This document shows positions 31,844 through 42,389 of a stretch of 64,000 bases of DNA, piece by piece. Numbering within the stretch: the stretch's first letter is position 1; every line of letters begins with the position of its first letter. A program made the position numbers and the translations under genes. The DNA comes from Kiritimatiellia bacterium (GTDB taxonomy: Bacteria > Verrucomicrobiota > Kiritimatiellia > RFP12 > JBMNHG01). The stretch spans positions 124,001 to 188,000 of the forward strand of contig JBMNHG010000002.1 of NCBI GenBank assembly GCA_050950285.1. Direction: 5' to 3'. The notes beneath the pieces were generated by a model that worked only from the letters and a program-made list of their open reading frames with translations, did not search any database and was not told where the DNA came from.

Positions 31844-32725
31844 TCACCACTCATAGCCGACGTCGCGGAGGATCGCCTCGAAACGACGGCCGTATTCGAC
31901 GTAGTTGGCGTAGCGGACGTCGTCGGGCGACTGCACCGAGGCGTCGTGGAAGACGACGGCGAGGTGGGGCTCCATCGAGAAGCCGCCATCGTATCCGCGG
32001 GCGAAGAGGTCGGCGCAGATCCGTTTCACGTCGCCGAGTCCCTCGCCGCACCAGGTGAATTCGTGGGCCCCTTCGGAATCGCGCACGCCATCCTTGATGT
32101 GGACGTACTCCACGAAGTCGCGGACGTTCTCATAGAACTCCCAGGAGGACTCGTAGGGGTACGGCTCGGGCTTCGAGCGGTCGAGGGTGAAGATGGGATT
32201 GCCGGTGTCGAAGACGAGCTTCAATCCGGGCACATTCTCCAGCAGGCGCAGGGTGTAGGGCCAGCCCATGCCGCCGTAGTTCATGCAGTTCTCGTGGACG
32301 GGCTGGATGCCGGCGTCGAGGAAGCGCTTCGTGATTTCGCGCAAGCGGCGGAAACGCTCCTGCTCCATCTGGTCTTCGGGCCCACGATCGGGAAGCACCG
32401 CGTAGCTCATGATGCGGACGAGCTTCGTGCCGAGCCGCCGCATGCGCGGGATGGCGCGGCCGACCTGCGCGAGGTCCTTCTGGAAGTCCTCTTCGCTGTC
32501 GATGCGCTTGCCCCAGTTGGCAATGGCGGAGCCGAAGCAATTGATGCGCACGCCGGACTCCTCGAGCTGGGCGACGGCGCGATCGAAGGCGGCGTCGTCC
32601 AAGTCGTGGATCGAAACGCCGTCGATGTTGCGGGATTCGATGGCGGACCAGCCCAGTTCGAGGGTGGCGCGGATTTGCGTGGCGAGATCTTTGGCGGCCT
32701 CGTCGGCGAAACCGGTCAAGTACAT
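31844..32725 (-). CDS. Sugar phosphate isomerase/epimerase (xylose-isomerase-like TIM barrel)
   Basis: TGFADE, HENC, FDTGN, VHIKD, SMEPH. Confidence 0.88.
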   Translation of the reverse strand: MYLTGFADEAAKDLATQIRATLELGWSAIESRNIDGVSIHDLDDAAFDRAVAQLEESGVRINCFGSAIANWGKRIDSEEDFQKDLAQVGRAIPRMRRLGTKLVRIMSYAVLPDRGPEDQMEQERFRRLREITKRFLDAGIQPVHENCMNYGGMGWPYTLRLLENVPGLKLVFDTGNPIFTLDRSKPEPYPYESSWEFYENVRDFVEYVHIKDGVRDSEGAHEFTWCGEGLGDVKRICADLFARGYDGGFSMEPHLAVVFHDASVQSPDDVRYANYVEYGRRFEAILRDVGYEW

Positions 32726-32732
32726 GGCGGCC

Positions 32733-33896
32733 TCACTTCCCCTGGGTGTTGAAGGTTCCGGAGAGGTCGGCCTCGACGCCGGTGGCCTCCGCCTTCTGGA
32801 AATTCGAGTTGCGGATCAGCTGCGTGAGGCACGCCTCGAAGGCGGCGGAGTCCAGCGGGAGATCCACGGTCTCGCCCGTGAGCGACGAGTAAAGCATCGA
32901 GTTCGCAAGCTCGACGGAACGGATTCCCTCCTCGCCGGGAGCGATGAGGGGGACGCCGTCGAGGATGGCGTCGACGAAGTTCTGGAGAACGGCCACATGC
33001 TGGCCGCCGTCGCCATCCGCGGGAATGTCGATGTGCCAGACCTCGGGCTGGTCGAAGCCCTTTTGGCACGTGCGGAGGAATTCATCGCAGGGGACGAGGT
33101 TGCGGGTGAAGCGGATGGCGCCGTCCTCGATGACGACCTTGCCGCGTGTGCCGGCGATTTCGAGGCGGTTGGTGCCGGGGGCTTCGCCGGTGGTGGTGAC
33201 GAACACGCCGGTGGCGCCGTTCGCGTATTCGAAATAGGCGGTGACCTCGTCCTCCACTTCGATGACGTGCCGTTTGCCGATGTTGCAGAAGGCGCGCATC
33301 CGCACGGGCATTCCGCAGAGCCACTGGAGGAGGTCGAGCTGGTGGGGGCACTGGTTGAGCAGCACGCCGCCGCCCTCGCCCTTCCACGTGGCGCGCCAGG
33401 TTCCGCTGTCGTAGTACGCCTGGGTACGGAACCAGTTCGTGATGATCCAGTTCACGCGGAGGAGGCCGCCCAGTTCGCCGTCCTGGATGAGCTGCCGGAC
33501 CTTGATGTAGTGCGGGTCGGTGCGCTGGTTGAACATCGCGGCAAAGAGCTTCGACTTGTCCTTGTGGGCGGCGATGAGGCGTTCGCAGTCGGCCTTGTGC
33601 ACGGAAATGGGCTTTTCGGAGAGGAGATGGAGCCCGTTCCGCATCGCGTCGATGCCGATGGTGGTGTGGAAGTAGTGCGGCGTGGCGACCAGAACGGCGT
33701 CCACGAGACCCGACCGAATCAGCTTGGCGCTGTCTTCGAACTTGGCGACGTCGTCGCCGTATCGATCCATCTTGGACGGCACGAGATCGCAGACGGCGGC
33801 GAGGCGGGCGCGCCGGACCTTCCCCTGCAAGAGGTTCGAAGCATGGAAAGACCCCATGCCACCGACGCCGACGACGCCGATACGGACTTCATTCAT
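32733..33896 (-). CDS. Gfo/Idh/MocA oxidoreductase
   Basis: IGVVGVGGMG, ATPHYFH, EKPI, EGGGVLLNQCPHQLD. Confidence 0.93.
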   Translation of the reverse strand: MNEVRIGVVGVGGMGSFHASNLLQGKVRRARLAAVCDLVPSKMDRYGDDVAKFEDSAKLIRSGLVDAVLVATPHYFHTTIGIDAMRNGLHLLSEKPISVHKADCERLIAAHKDKSKLFAAMFNQRTDPHYIKVRQLIQDGELGGLLRVNWIITNWFRTQAYYDSGTWRATWKGEGGGVLLNQCPHQLDLLQWLCGMPVRMRAFCNIGKRHVIEVEDEVTAYFEYANGATGVFVTTTGEAPGTNRLEIAGTRGKVVIEDGAIRFTRNLVPCDEFLRTCQKGFDQPEVWHIDIPADGDGGQHVAVLQNFVDAILDGVPLIAPGEEGIRSVELANSMLYSSLTGETVDLPLDSAAFEACLTQLIRNSNFQKAEATGVEADLSGTFNTQGK

Positions 33897-34176
33897 AATC
33901 AGGAACCCTTTCTCATTTTCATTTCAAGAAACCGCCCGGAATCAAGGCGGAAGGCAAGCAGTCCATGCAAGGATAGCCGCAGAATGCAACGCAGGCAAGC
34001 GGCGAATCGCCGCGCCCGCCCGACCTTGCATGGCGAACATGGCGAATCGGCTTCCCATGGCCATGGGGAAGCGATATGATGGAACGCAAGATGGGCGATC
34101 GCCTTCGATTCGTCGGAGGGACAGGGACGGCGTCGATTCCCTGGCAAACCATCCAAGGAAGGACGGGAATAGGACC

Positions 34177-35859
34177 ATGCGGACAGATTGCAGGACAATG
34201 GCTGCGCTTCTGGCGCTTTGCTGCGCACTGGCGGGAACGACTCCGGCGGCAGATGAAGGCGACGGGGATATCGCCTGGCTCTTCGCGAACCTGCCGAGTG
34301 CGATCCGGCAGGGCCATGCGATGTCCATTCCCCTTCCCGCCGATGCGCATGTCGAGACATCGTTCTACGCAACGGTGTCCATGCCATTCTGGCAGCGGCA
34401 CCTTGCCGCGGCCTCGGTACCGCCCGAAGGGCAGGACGCCGCCACGGCGGCCGCCATCCGCGAGATCCAGACGTCGCTTGCGCAGTCCCTGGCCACCGGG
34501 CGGGAGGAGCTGGTGCCGACAGCCCATTATCTGGCCGCCGATCGCCTTTGGAAAGCGGGATGCCGCGACGCGAGCGTGGCATTGCTTCGCTACGAAGTCG
34601 CCACCGACCAGGCGGGGCCCTTGCCAGGCGAGGATTTCCATCGCGAAACGCTTGCCGCCGCGACGGAAGCAGAGGCGCCCTTGGTCCGCTTCCTCCTTGC
34701 CGGGAAGTGGTACCATACCGCCTTCCATCATCTTTCGTTCGGGCGTCCCGGCGTAAGCGTCGACGACATGAACCGGGCCAACGCCGAGCATGTCGCCGCC
34801 TTTGCGGATGTCGCCCGGCTCTTCCGGGAGGCCGATCCCCGCATCGCCGAAACGCTGGATGTCATCCTCCCGCTCCCTGCGACCGCGCCGTCCCTGCTGG
34901 ACAACGCCTACCTCGCCCATTGCCGGCGCGCAGACTGGGCCATGGATCACGCCTTCCGCCTCCGGGGAAACAGTTGGGCGAGCGACGTCACGGAAGAGGG
35001 CTGGGAGGGATGGAGGAAATACAACGAGGACGCCGAGACAAACCTGCTCGCGGCCATCGCCCTGCGTCCCGACGGGACGCGCGCGCGGATGATGCTCGCC
35101 AGCCTCCGGGGATGCACCTGCGGCCCGAAGAGCGAGGTGGCGGACCTCTTTTCGAAGGCCGTCTCGAACTCCCTTGACATCGCGACACCCTTCGTCGGCG
35201 GCGTCCTGCAATTCGAGACCACCCGCTGGGGAGGCTCGTTCCAATCGCTCGTGGACGTGGCCTCCAATGCCGCTGCGACCGTGCGGACGGACTCCACCTT
35301 CGCCTGGACCACCGTGGCCGCCGCCATGCAGAAGATCGCAACCTACGAGATGGATTCGCCGACGGACGAGACGGAGCTGGCCCGGCGTATCCCGAAGCCG
35401 GTGGCGGAGGAGATCTTTGCCATGTTCGACAAGTACATCGAAGCCGGCGACCAGCCCTTGCTTCCCCCGCCCGACCTCTATCGGTGCATGGGCATCTCGT
35501 TCGCGATCCAGATGCGCGACTGGCGACGGGCGCGCGCCTATGCCGAGCATCTCGGCAGGGGCTACGGCTACCCCCGCGACGCGGCATGGCTGCGGAATGC
35601 CAGCAATCCATCGGGCTATCCACGCGACCTCAACCACTTCCTGGCCATCACGTACGTCCATAGCCGGAAGGATATCCTGGCGATTCTCGATGCCGATGCG
35701 GCCGGAGACTATGAAGCCGTCCTCCCCGCCGCCAGGCGCCTCATCGACAACAAGGGCATGACCCAGGTGGCGCGTTATGTGGCCGAAACCTACGAAGCCC
35801 GCGCAAAGAGGAAGCTCGAAGCCAAGTCCGCCGGAACCCCGGACGAGGAAGAAGAGTAG
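34177..35859 (+). CDS. Secreted helical hypothetical protein (DUF4034-like segment)
   Basis: Signal peptide; AFRLRGNSWASDVTEEGW and RWGGS resemble DUF4034. Confidence 0.6.
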   Translation: MRTDCRTMAALLALCCALAGTTPAADEGDGDIAWLFANLPSAIRQGHAMSIPLPADAHVETSFYATVSMPFWQRHLAAASVPPEGQDAATAAAIREIQTSLAQSLATGREELVPTAHYLAADRLWKAGCRDASVALLRYEVATDQAGPLPGEDFHRETLAAATEAEAPLVRFLLAGKWYHTAFHHLSFGRPGVSVDDMNRANAEHVAAFADVARLFREADPRIAETLDVILPLPATAPSLLDNAYLAHCRRADWAMDHAFRLRGNSWASDVTEEGWEGWRKYNEDAETNLLAAIALRPDGTRARMMLASLRGCTCGPKSEVADLFSKAVSNSLDIATPFVGGVLQFETTRWGGSFQSLVDVASNAAATVRTDSTFAWTTVAAAMQKIATYEMDSPTDETELARRIPKPVAEEIFAMFDKYIEAGDQPLLPPPDLYRCMGISFAIQMRDWRRARAYAEHLGRGYGYPRDAAWLRNASNPSGYPRDLNHFLAITYVHSRKDILAILDADAAGDYEAVLPAARRLIDNKGMTQVARYVAETYEARAKRKLEAKSAGTPDEEEE

Positions 35860-35998
35860 CGCCGCCCATTGGCCCATTGGCCCGGAAATGCCAATCGCCT
35901 TTACATTCCAGCCGCCCGTTTGCCATACTCCTGCCTTTGCGCGAACTCACGAAACGGAGTTCCGGCACACCCCCGATCCCATTGACAACCCGTAGAGA

Positions 35999-36952
35999 AT
36001 GACGATGAGCGAACAGACGCGTGGATGCGGCCACCGGCACGCCCCCCAAATCACCGTTGGCGGACACCCCATCCCGCCCCAGGGCATCGAGTTCGAGCTT
36101 TCCCGCCTGATCCGCTTCTACTCCCAGCACCTCCCCGAAGAGGAGATCCGCGCCCAGCTTCCCCTCTTCCGGCGCCGCGCCATCGAACAGGCCGTGGGCG
36201 CGCGCCTCCTTTCGATGGAGGCCATGCAGCTCGACTTTTCCGTGACCGACGCCGAAGTCGAGGAACACCTCGAGACGATGCGCCGCCAGGCCGGCGGAGC
36301 CGAGAAGTTCAACGCCCTCCTGAAGAAGCAGGGCATCCCGCTCGATGCCTACCGCGAGCAGGTCCGCCTCGGCAAGCGCACCGACAAGCTGGTCGAGAGC
36401 GTCACCGCCGGCGTCCCCGATCCCACCGAGGAGGAGATCGCCGCCCACTTCGAGGCCCATCGCACGGAATACCGCAAGGGCGAACGCGTTCGCGCCCAGC
36501 ACATCCTCGTGAAACCCGAAGACGACTCCGCCGAGGCCAACGAGGCCGCCCTCCGTAAAATCCGGGAAATCCGCGCGCGAGTCCTCGACGGCGCCGACTT
36601 CAGCGACGAAGCCGCCGCCCATTCCGACTGCCCCAGCGGCAGGGATGGCGGTTCGCTCGGCTGGTTCTCCCGCGGCATGATGGTGCGCGAGTTCGACGAG
36701 GCCGCCTTCGAGATGAAGGTCGGCGAAGTCAGCGAACCCGTCGCGACGCAGTTCGGCTGGCACATCCTCCTCAAGAACGCCGAGGAAGCCGCCGAAGAGG
36801 CCGACCTCGACCTCGTGCGCGACCAGATCCGCACCTTCCTGCGCCATGCCCGCCGCGGCGAACAGCTCGCCGCGCACGTGGCCGAACTCTGGGCGAAGGT
36901 CGAGATCCTCGTCGACGGCGAGCCCCTCCCTCCCCCCGGCGCCGAAGGCTGA
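35999..36952 (+). CDS. Parvulin-type peptidylprolyl isomerase (SurA/PrsA-like)
   Basis: RAQHILV, HSDCPS..GGSLGWF, MVREFD, TQFGWHI. Confidence 0.92.
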   Translation: MTMSEQTRGCGHRHAPQITVGGHPIPPQGIEFELSRLIRFYSQHLPEEEIRAQLPLFRRRAIEQAVGARLLSMEAMQLDFSVTDAEVEEHLETMRRQAGGAEKFNALLKKQGIPLDAYREQVRLGKRTDKLVESVTAGVPDPTEEEIAAHFEAHRTEYRKGERVRAQHILVKPEDDSAEANEAALRKIREIRARVLDGADFSDEAAAHSDCPSGRDGGSLGWFSRGMMVREFDEAAFEMKVGEVSEPVATQFGWHILLKNAEEAAEEADLDLVRDQIRTFLRHARRGEQLAAHVAELWAKVEILVDGEPLPPPGAEG

Positions 36953-37007
36953 CCCCCCTCCCCTTCTTCCGCCCCGCGGCGTGCCGCGCGGCATGCCGCG
37001 ACGCCGG

Positions 37008-38132
37008 CTACGGCGACATCCGATGGGCCTTGAAGTACAGGGCCTCGACTTCGGGCCGGAGGGCGGGATTGTTCTCTTCGAGCATCCTCCGATGGAGCGC
37101 GAACGCCTCGCGGATGGCCTTGATCCAGGCGATCCGGCGGGACAGCTGCCTCGCGTCCTCCTTGGTCATCCCCGTTGGAGGAACGGCCTCCAGAAGGGCG
37201 ATCTGCGGATCGTACAGGGCGTCGATCTGCAACCCGAGCCAATGGAACAACTCCTCGGCGGAGGGATCTTCGGCGGGCTGGAACACCTCGGGATGTTCGG
37301 CTTCGAAGCGCTCCTGGATGTGCCGGCATTGGAGCAGAGCCGCGGGATAGCGCCAGGGGCGCGTCGCGCGCAGGTGAAGGAAGGCGGGGACGGCGAGGAC
37401 GGGGAGGAGGATCGCGAGCTGGACGAACCGGGAGAAGACCGAAGACTCCCGATCCTGCGGACGGAGCGGCAGGGCGGCCACGCAGCCGCATAGGAATCCG
37501 CCGATCAATCCGCCCAGGTGGCACCAGTTGTCGATGTTGGGGCGCGTCGCCCCGTAGGCGAAGTTGAGGATCACGCACACGATGGCGTTCTGGACCATCT
37601 TCCCCCGGATGGGATCCGGGATCCCCCCGCGGCAACGGAGGGCGTAGGCGAGCAGGGCGCCGAAAAGCCCGAAGAGCGCGCCGGAGGCGCCGGCGGACAC
37701 GACGTCCATCCGCATGGCGCTTGTCAGCAGCGATCCGGAAATCGCCGCGCCGGCGTACACCAGCGCGTAGAGGGCGTGGCCGAAGAGCCGTTCGACCGTG
37801 GGCCCCGTCACCAGCAGCACGTACAGGTTGAAGAAGAGGTGGAGCGCGCCGACGTGCACGAAGGCGCTGGAGAGCAGGCGCCACGGCTCGCCGGCGAGCG
37901 TCGCCCAGGGGAGGTTCCCGCCGGCACGGAAGACGGCATCCCCGCCGGGCTCCAGGAACGTTTCGAGGAAACTTCCTCCGGAGAAGCACATCCAGAGGAA
38001 GTTCCCGGCGCACAGCGCGGCGATCAGGCAAGTCACCCACGGATGGCGCGCATTGGCGTAGAGCGCCACCACGAAGTCGCCGATTTCCTGCCTGGGGACG
38101 ACGATCCTGCGTCTGGGGCGGAACGGCCACAT
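37008..38132 (-). CDS. Rhomboid intramembrane serine protease
   Basis: WRLLSSAFVH..HLFFN, GASGALFG, HLGG. Confidence 0.92.
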   Translation of the reverse strand: MWPFRPRRRIVVPRQEIGDFVVALYANARHPWVTCLIAALCAGNFLWMCFSGGSFLETFLEPGGDAVFRAGGNLPWATLAGEPWRLLSSAFVHVGALHLFFNLYVLLVTGPTVERLFGHALYALVYAGAAISGSLLTSAMRMDVVSAGASGALFGLFGALLAYALRCRGGIPDPIRGKMVQNAIVCVILNFAYGATRPNIDNWCHLGGLIGGFLCGCVAALPLRPQDRESSVFSRFVQLAILLPVLAVPAFLHLRATRPWRYPAALLQCRHIQERFEAEHPEVFQPAEDPSAEELFHWLGLQIDALYDPQIALLEAVPPTGMTKEDARQLSRRIAWIKAIREAFALHRRMLEENNPALRPEVEALYFKAHRMSP

Positions 38133-38136
38133 GGGA

Positions 38137-40200
38137 TTATCGGCGCGGCTGGGAGATGACGGGCCAGTCGTCCGTGCGGAAGGGACTGGCGGGGAGGCCC
38201 TCTTCGTTGTAGAGGTTGCAGCCTTCCGGATTGTCCTCCCAGGCGTAGCGGACGGCCACGGGGGCGGGGACGGCGGCGGCGCGCACGAGCACGGTGGAGC
38301 CGTCGATCACGGCTTCGTCGGCCCAGACGAACGTGCGGTCCTCGCCCGCGACGGCGAAGCGCTTCAGGGGGCCGTCCTTCGCGACGAGGCCGCCGCCGAC
38401 ATGGTCGAAGCGCACGCGCATCGCGTCGCCATCGACCGCGCAACCGGCGTAGGTCGGTCCGCTGTACACGAGCGATTCGCCATAGGCGACCTTGCGGGCG
38501 CCGAGGGCGAGGCGTCGTCCCACGTCCGCCTTGTTCTTCGGGTGGATGTCCTTCTCTTCGCCGATGTCGACGATGACGGCGGTGGCGGTGTTCGGGAGGG
38601 CGAGCACGGCGTTCTGCGATTCGCGCACGACGGCCCAGTGGGTGTCCGCGGGCTCGTCTTTGGGCGCCATGAAGTTGGCGAGCTGCACCCAGAGGAAGGG
38701 GAAGTCGCCCTGGCCCCAGCGGGCGCGCCAGTCCTGGATCATGGCGGCGAACCGGTCGCGGTAGGCCCAGGCGTTGCCGGCGTTGGATTCGCCCTGATAC
38801 CAGATGGCGCCGGTGATGGCGTAGGGGATGAGGCCGTGGATCATGCCGTTGTAGAGGGTGGTGGCGGTGTTGGGGTCGTTCGGCTGGCCCGGATGGAAGG
38901 GAAGCGCGAAGGCCACGGCGTGCTTCCATTCGCCGAAGAGCGGGATGCGGGCGGGGTCGTCCTCGGCGTCGGCGGGGGCAAGCCACAGGAGGTCGTCGGG
39001 CGACCCCCAGATGCCGCCCTGCCCCATCTGGTCGGCAACGCGCACGGCGATGACGGCCTTCCCGGCCTTCACGAGTCCGGCGGGGACGGTGTAGCGGCGC
39101 GGGACGTTCCAGTACTGCGTGTCGAGCGGCTTGATGGTTCCCATGCCACCGACCTTCACGCCGTTGAAGAAGGTGGTGTCCACCTCGTCGATGGCGCCCA
39201 GCGAGAGCATCAGGTCGCGGCCCGCCCAGGCCTCGGGGATTTCGACGGTGCGGCGGTACCAGAGTTCGCCGTCCAGGTCGGGATGGCCGGCGTTCTCCCA
39301 GTTCACGCCCACCTCGATGGGCGGCCAGTCCGAATCGTCCGCGGAGGGATCGGCGAACTTCGCCTGGTGGGCGGCGTCGGTCTCGAGGTCTTCGAACGTG
39401 CGGTATGCGGCGAGGTATTCCTTCGCGCGCTCCTCGTACTGGCGCTGGCGTTCTTCGTAGGTCGCGCCAAAGTCGCCGAGGCGCGCGAGGTCGGCTTCGC
39501 TGCCGGGAAGGCGGGCGTAGGCGTCGCGGCTGATCCACGCTTCCACGCGGGTTCCGCCCCACGAGGCGTTGACCAGGCCGATGGGCACGCCGAGGTGGCG
39601 ATGGAGCTCGCGCCCGAAGAAGAAGCCCACGGCCGTCCAGCCGCCGATGGTCGCCGGCGTGGCGACTTGCCAGGATCCGCCGACGTCGGCTGCAGGCGCG
39701 GGCTGGACCACGTTGCGCACCTGGAAGTGGCGGAACTGCGGGAGGTCGCCGTTCGCGCGCGCTTCTTCGACCGACTCCGCCTCCGCCGCACTGAGGGGGA
39801 AGGCCATGTTCGACTGTCCGGAACAGAGCCACACGTCGCCGAACAGCAGATCCGCGATCGTGATGGTCTCGCGTCCCGACACCATCAGCGAGTGGGCTCG
39901 CCCGCCGTCCGCCTTCCGCGCGGGGAGGGTGACGCTCCAGCGGCCGTCTTCCCCGGCCACGGCGGTGACGGGGCGGCCGCCGTCGAGGGAGACCGCGACG
40001 ACGCCGCCGGGATCGGCCCAGCCCCAGACGGGGATGGGGCGGTCGCGCTGGAGGACCGCGTGATCCGCGAAGATTGCGGGAAGCCGCACGTTTTCGGCGT
40101 CGGGCGCGCGCCGGGATGCGGCGCCGGTGGAGATGCAGCCCGCCGCGGCCAGCAGGGCTGCGGCGGAGAGGGTCGTAAGAAGGGTGCGAAGGGTTGTCAT
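38137..40200 (-). CDS. Sialate O-acetylesterase (SASA) family lipoprotein
   Basis: LAAAGC lipobox; GDVWLCSGQSNM, WGGT, WYQGESN, DIHPKNK, PASPFRTD. Confidence 0.92.
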   Translation of the reverse strand: MTTLRTLLTTLSAAALLAAAGCISTGAASRRAPDAENVRLPAIFADHAVLQRDRPIPVWGWADPGGVVAVSLDGGRPVTAVAGEDGRWSVTLPARKADGGRAHSLMVSGRETITIADLLFGDVWLCSGQSNMAFPLSAAEAESVEEARANGDLPQFRHFQVRNVVQPAPAADVGGSWQVATPATIGGWTAVGFFFGRELHRHLGVPIGLVNASWGGTRVEAWISRDAYARLPGSEADLARLGDFGATYEERQRQYEERAKEYLAAYRTFEDLETDAAHQAKFADPSADDSDWPPIEVGVNWENAGHPDLDGELWYRRTVEIPEAWAGRDLMLSLGAIDEVDTTFFNGVKVGGMGTIKPLDTQYWNVPRRYTVPAGLVKAGKAVIAVRVADQMGQGGIWGSPDDLLWLAPADAEDDPARIPLFGEWKHAVAFALPFHPGQPNDPNTATTLYNGMIHGLIPYAITGAIWYQGESNAGNAWAYRDRFAAMIQDWRARWGQGDFPFLWVQLANFMAPKDEPADTHWAVVRESQNAVLALPNTATAVIVDIGEEKDIHPKNKADVGRRLALGARKVAYGESLVYSGPTYAGCAVDGDAMRVRFDHVGGGLVAKDGPLKRFAVAGEDRTFVWADEAVIDGSTVLVRAAAVPAPVAVRYAWEDNPEGCNLYNEEGLPASPFRTDDWPVISQPRR

Positions 40201-40244
40201 GGCGGGTTTGGGTCTCCTGGGTGGATTGCGGGATGGGGCGGGGA

Positions 40245-42389
40245 TCAGCGGATGACGTAGATGCGGCGCGGCTCGAGGTCGGCGCACTCCGCCGTGAAGG
40301 TCTTGCCGGAGAGGACGTCGGCGACCTTGCTCTTCCGGGCGAATTCCACGTGGCACTCGCCGAAGCTCCAGAGGGTCTCGGTGCCGTCTTCGGCACGGTA
40401 CATCACGCCGGCGTCGAAGGGCAGCACGGTCCGGTTCACCATCTTCGCCTCGACCTTCGCGTAGGCGCGGAAGAGGGAGATGTGCCAGTCGGTCGGCCGG
40501 TCGGCCGGATCGTCGGAGCCGTGGTACGAGAAGCAGAGGTAGTCGCCGTCGATGTTCCAGTTCACCGTCCACATCATGCGGTGGGCGAGACCCTGGAAGA
40601 AGATGTCGTCGGGGTCGAAGCCGAGTTCCCTCATGCGCACGGGCTCGAAGTTGCAGATGTGGTCCTGCCACATCTCGAAGTTGCCGAGGCGGGTTTCGAG
40701 CGAGGGGCCGTGGCGATGGATGCCGAAGACTCCGGTGTCTTCGTTGCAGTAGTGGTAGCCGGCCTCCTGCATCTCGCGCATCAGGTCGAGATGGGCGTGG
40801 AACATCGAGAGGATCGCGGCCTCCGGGCGCGCCGCGCCGCGGGTTTTGCCGAGGAGGGCGAGCTGGTCCGCCGTGGCGCCATGGTTCGCGGTGGCCATGT
40901 TGTAGCAGAAGTGGAACTTGTCGCTCGACAGGTTGAACGAGCTGTCGAGGAAGATGCCGTCGAGGCCGATCGTCTTCGAGGCGTATTCCCAGCGCTTCAT
41001 CCAGTAGGCGCGGATCGTGTCGTCGCGCAGGTTCAGGCAGGCGAATTGCGGCGTGTAGTGGTCGGCCTCGATCGATCCGAACGTGGTGCGGATGAAGGGA
41101 TCCGGGGAGGCCTTCACGGCGTCCGCCACCGAATCCTCGAGCGGGAGGAAGTCGATGCGCTTGGGCTTGCCGTTTCGCCACATCAGCTGGGTGGTGAGGG
41201 TGGAGATGGAGGTGTTCGCCCACATCTCGACCCGTGCGCCCGCCTTGTGGGCGTCGCGGCAGAAGGCCTTCAGCTTGTCTTCGCCCACGGTTTCGGCCAC
41301 CTTGTAGTCCACGGTGCAGCACATGTTGCCGACCCCGTAGGTGTTCATGTTGTTCTGGAAGTGGTTGGCGAGATAGACCGTCTTGGCGCCGGCTTCGAGG
41401 AGCTTGGGCAGGCCTGCGGTGCGGTAGCGCTCGAGGTCGGCATCCCCCCACTCTTCGATCTGCCCGTAGGGCTGCACGCGCTCGCGGCGCAACCCCGCCT
41501 GCTTGTGCAGGGAATCCGCCACGAAGTCGAGCCAGTCGCAGTAGAGGTTCTTGCGATCGGTGGCGTCGAAGCCGCCGGCGGCGAAGAGCACCTCCACGGG
41601 CGCGGTTTTGAAGCGATTGCCGAGATCGCCGCAGTGCTCGAGCAGATGGATCACCTCGTTCCCGCCGGCGGGCTTCTCGAAGTAGGAGCGGACGTGGGCG
41701 GGCCGGGTGGGCCAGGTCACGAGCGCGCCGTGCTTGCCCGGCGTGAAGGTCAAGCCCTGCCCCTCGGTCTGCATCGGCACGAACTGGAAGACGTTCGGGT
41801 TCGCGCAGTCGGGCAGATACCATTCCGAGGCGTAGCGCTGGGACGTCGTCTCGAAGCGGACGACGGGCGTGGAGAAGCAGCTGCGCCACCAGAACTCGTT
41901 GCCGACGGCCTTGCCGCCGGGCTCCCACGAACCGCGGTCGAGGATCATGTAGATCGGCAGGGTCGCGGAACGGTAGGTGTACTGGTAGGAGAAGCCCTTG
42001 AATTTCACGCCGTTCAAGGTCCGCGAAGCCGGCTTGAGGACGAGCTTCAACTCCACGTCGCTCTCCTGCGGCCCCTTCGACCAGTCGTGGATGGTGCGCA
42101 TGCGGCGGCACTCGTGCACCTGCCACTCCATGAACGAACCCTCCGTGACCTTCGCCCCGAACGTGAGGACGATCTTCCGCGCCCCGACGTCCGTCGCCTT
42201 GAGCTCGTAGTCCAGGAGCGTCTCGCCGTACGGCGTCGAGATGTCCACGAACATGGGCAGACGGCCCGACCGCAGCTTCACGTCGCCGCACCGGATCCGG
42301 CCGAGACCCAGGAAGCGTTTGCCTTTGGAGACCAGGTCGAAGGTCATCCCGTTGGCGAAGGAGAGGGTGTTCGTCTTTTTCTTTTTCAT
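40245..42389 (-). CDS. Hypothetical protein, possible glycoside hydrolase (beta-sandwich + TIM barrel)
   Basis: 715 aa with host codon usage; LKAFCRDAHKAG.RVEMW, LNL, GLDGIFLDS resemble GH13/GH36-like barrels. Confidence 0.55.
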   Translation of the reverse strand: MKKKKTNTLSFANGMTFDLVSKGKRFLGLGRIRCGDVKLRSGRLPMFVDISTPYGETLLDYELKATDVGARKIVLTFGAKVTEGSFMEWQVHECRRMRTIHDWSKGPQESDVELKLVLKPASRTLNGVKFKGFSYQYTYRSATLPIYMILDRGSWEPGGKAVGNEFWWRSCFSTPVVRFETTSQRYASEWYLPDCANPNVFQFVPMQTEGQGLTFTPGKHGALVTWPTRPAHVRSYFEKPAGGNEVIHLLEHCGDLGNRFKTAPVEVLFAAGGFDATDRKNLYCDWLDFVADSLHKQAGLRRERVQPYGQIEEWGDADLERYRTAGLPKLLEAGAKTVYLANHFQNNMNTYGVGNMCCTVDYKVAETVGEDKLKAFCRDAHKAGARVEMWANTSISTLTTQLMWRNGKPKRIDFLPLEDSVADAVKASPDPFIRTTFGSIEADHYTPQFACLNLRDDTIRAYWMKRWEYASKTIGLDGIFLDSSFNLSSDKFHFCYNMATANHGATADQLALLGKTRGAARPEAAILSMFHAHLDLMREMQEAGYHYCNEDTGVFGIHRHGPSLETRLGNFEMWQDHICNFEPVRMRELGFDPDDIFFQGLAHRMMWTVNWNIDGDYLCFSYHGSDDPADRPTDWHISLFRAYAKVEAKMVNRTVLPFDAGVMYRAEDGTETLWSFGECHVEFARKSKVADVLSGKTFTAECADLEPRRIYVIR

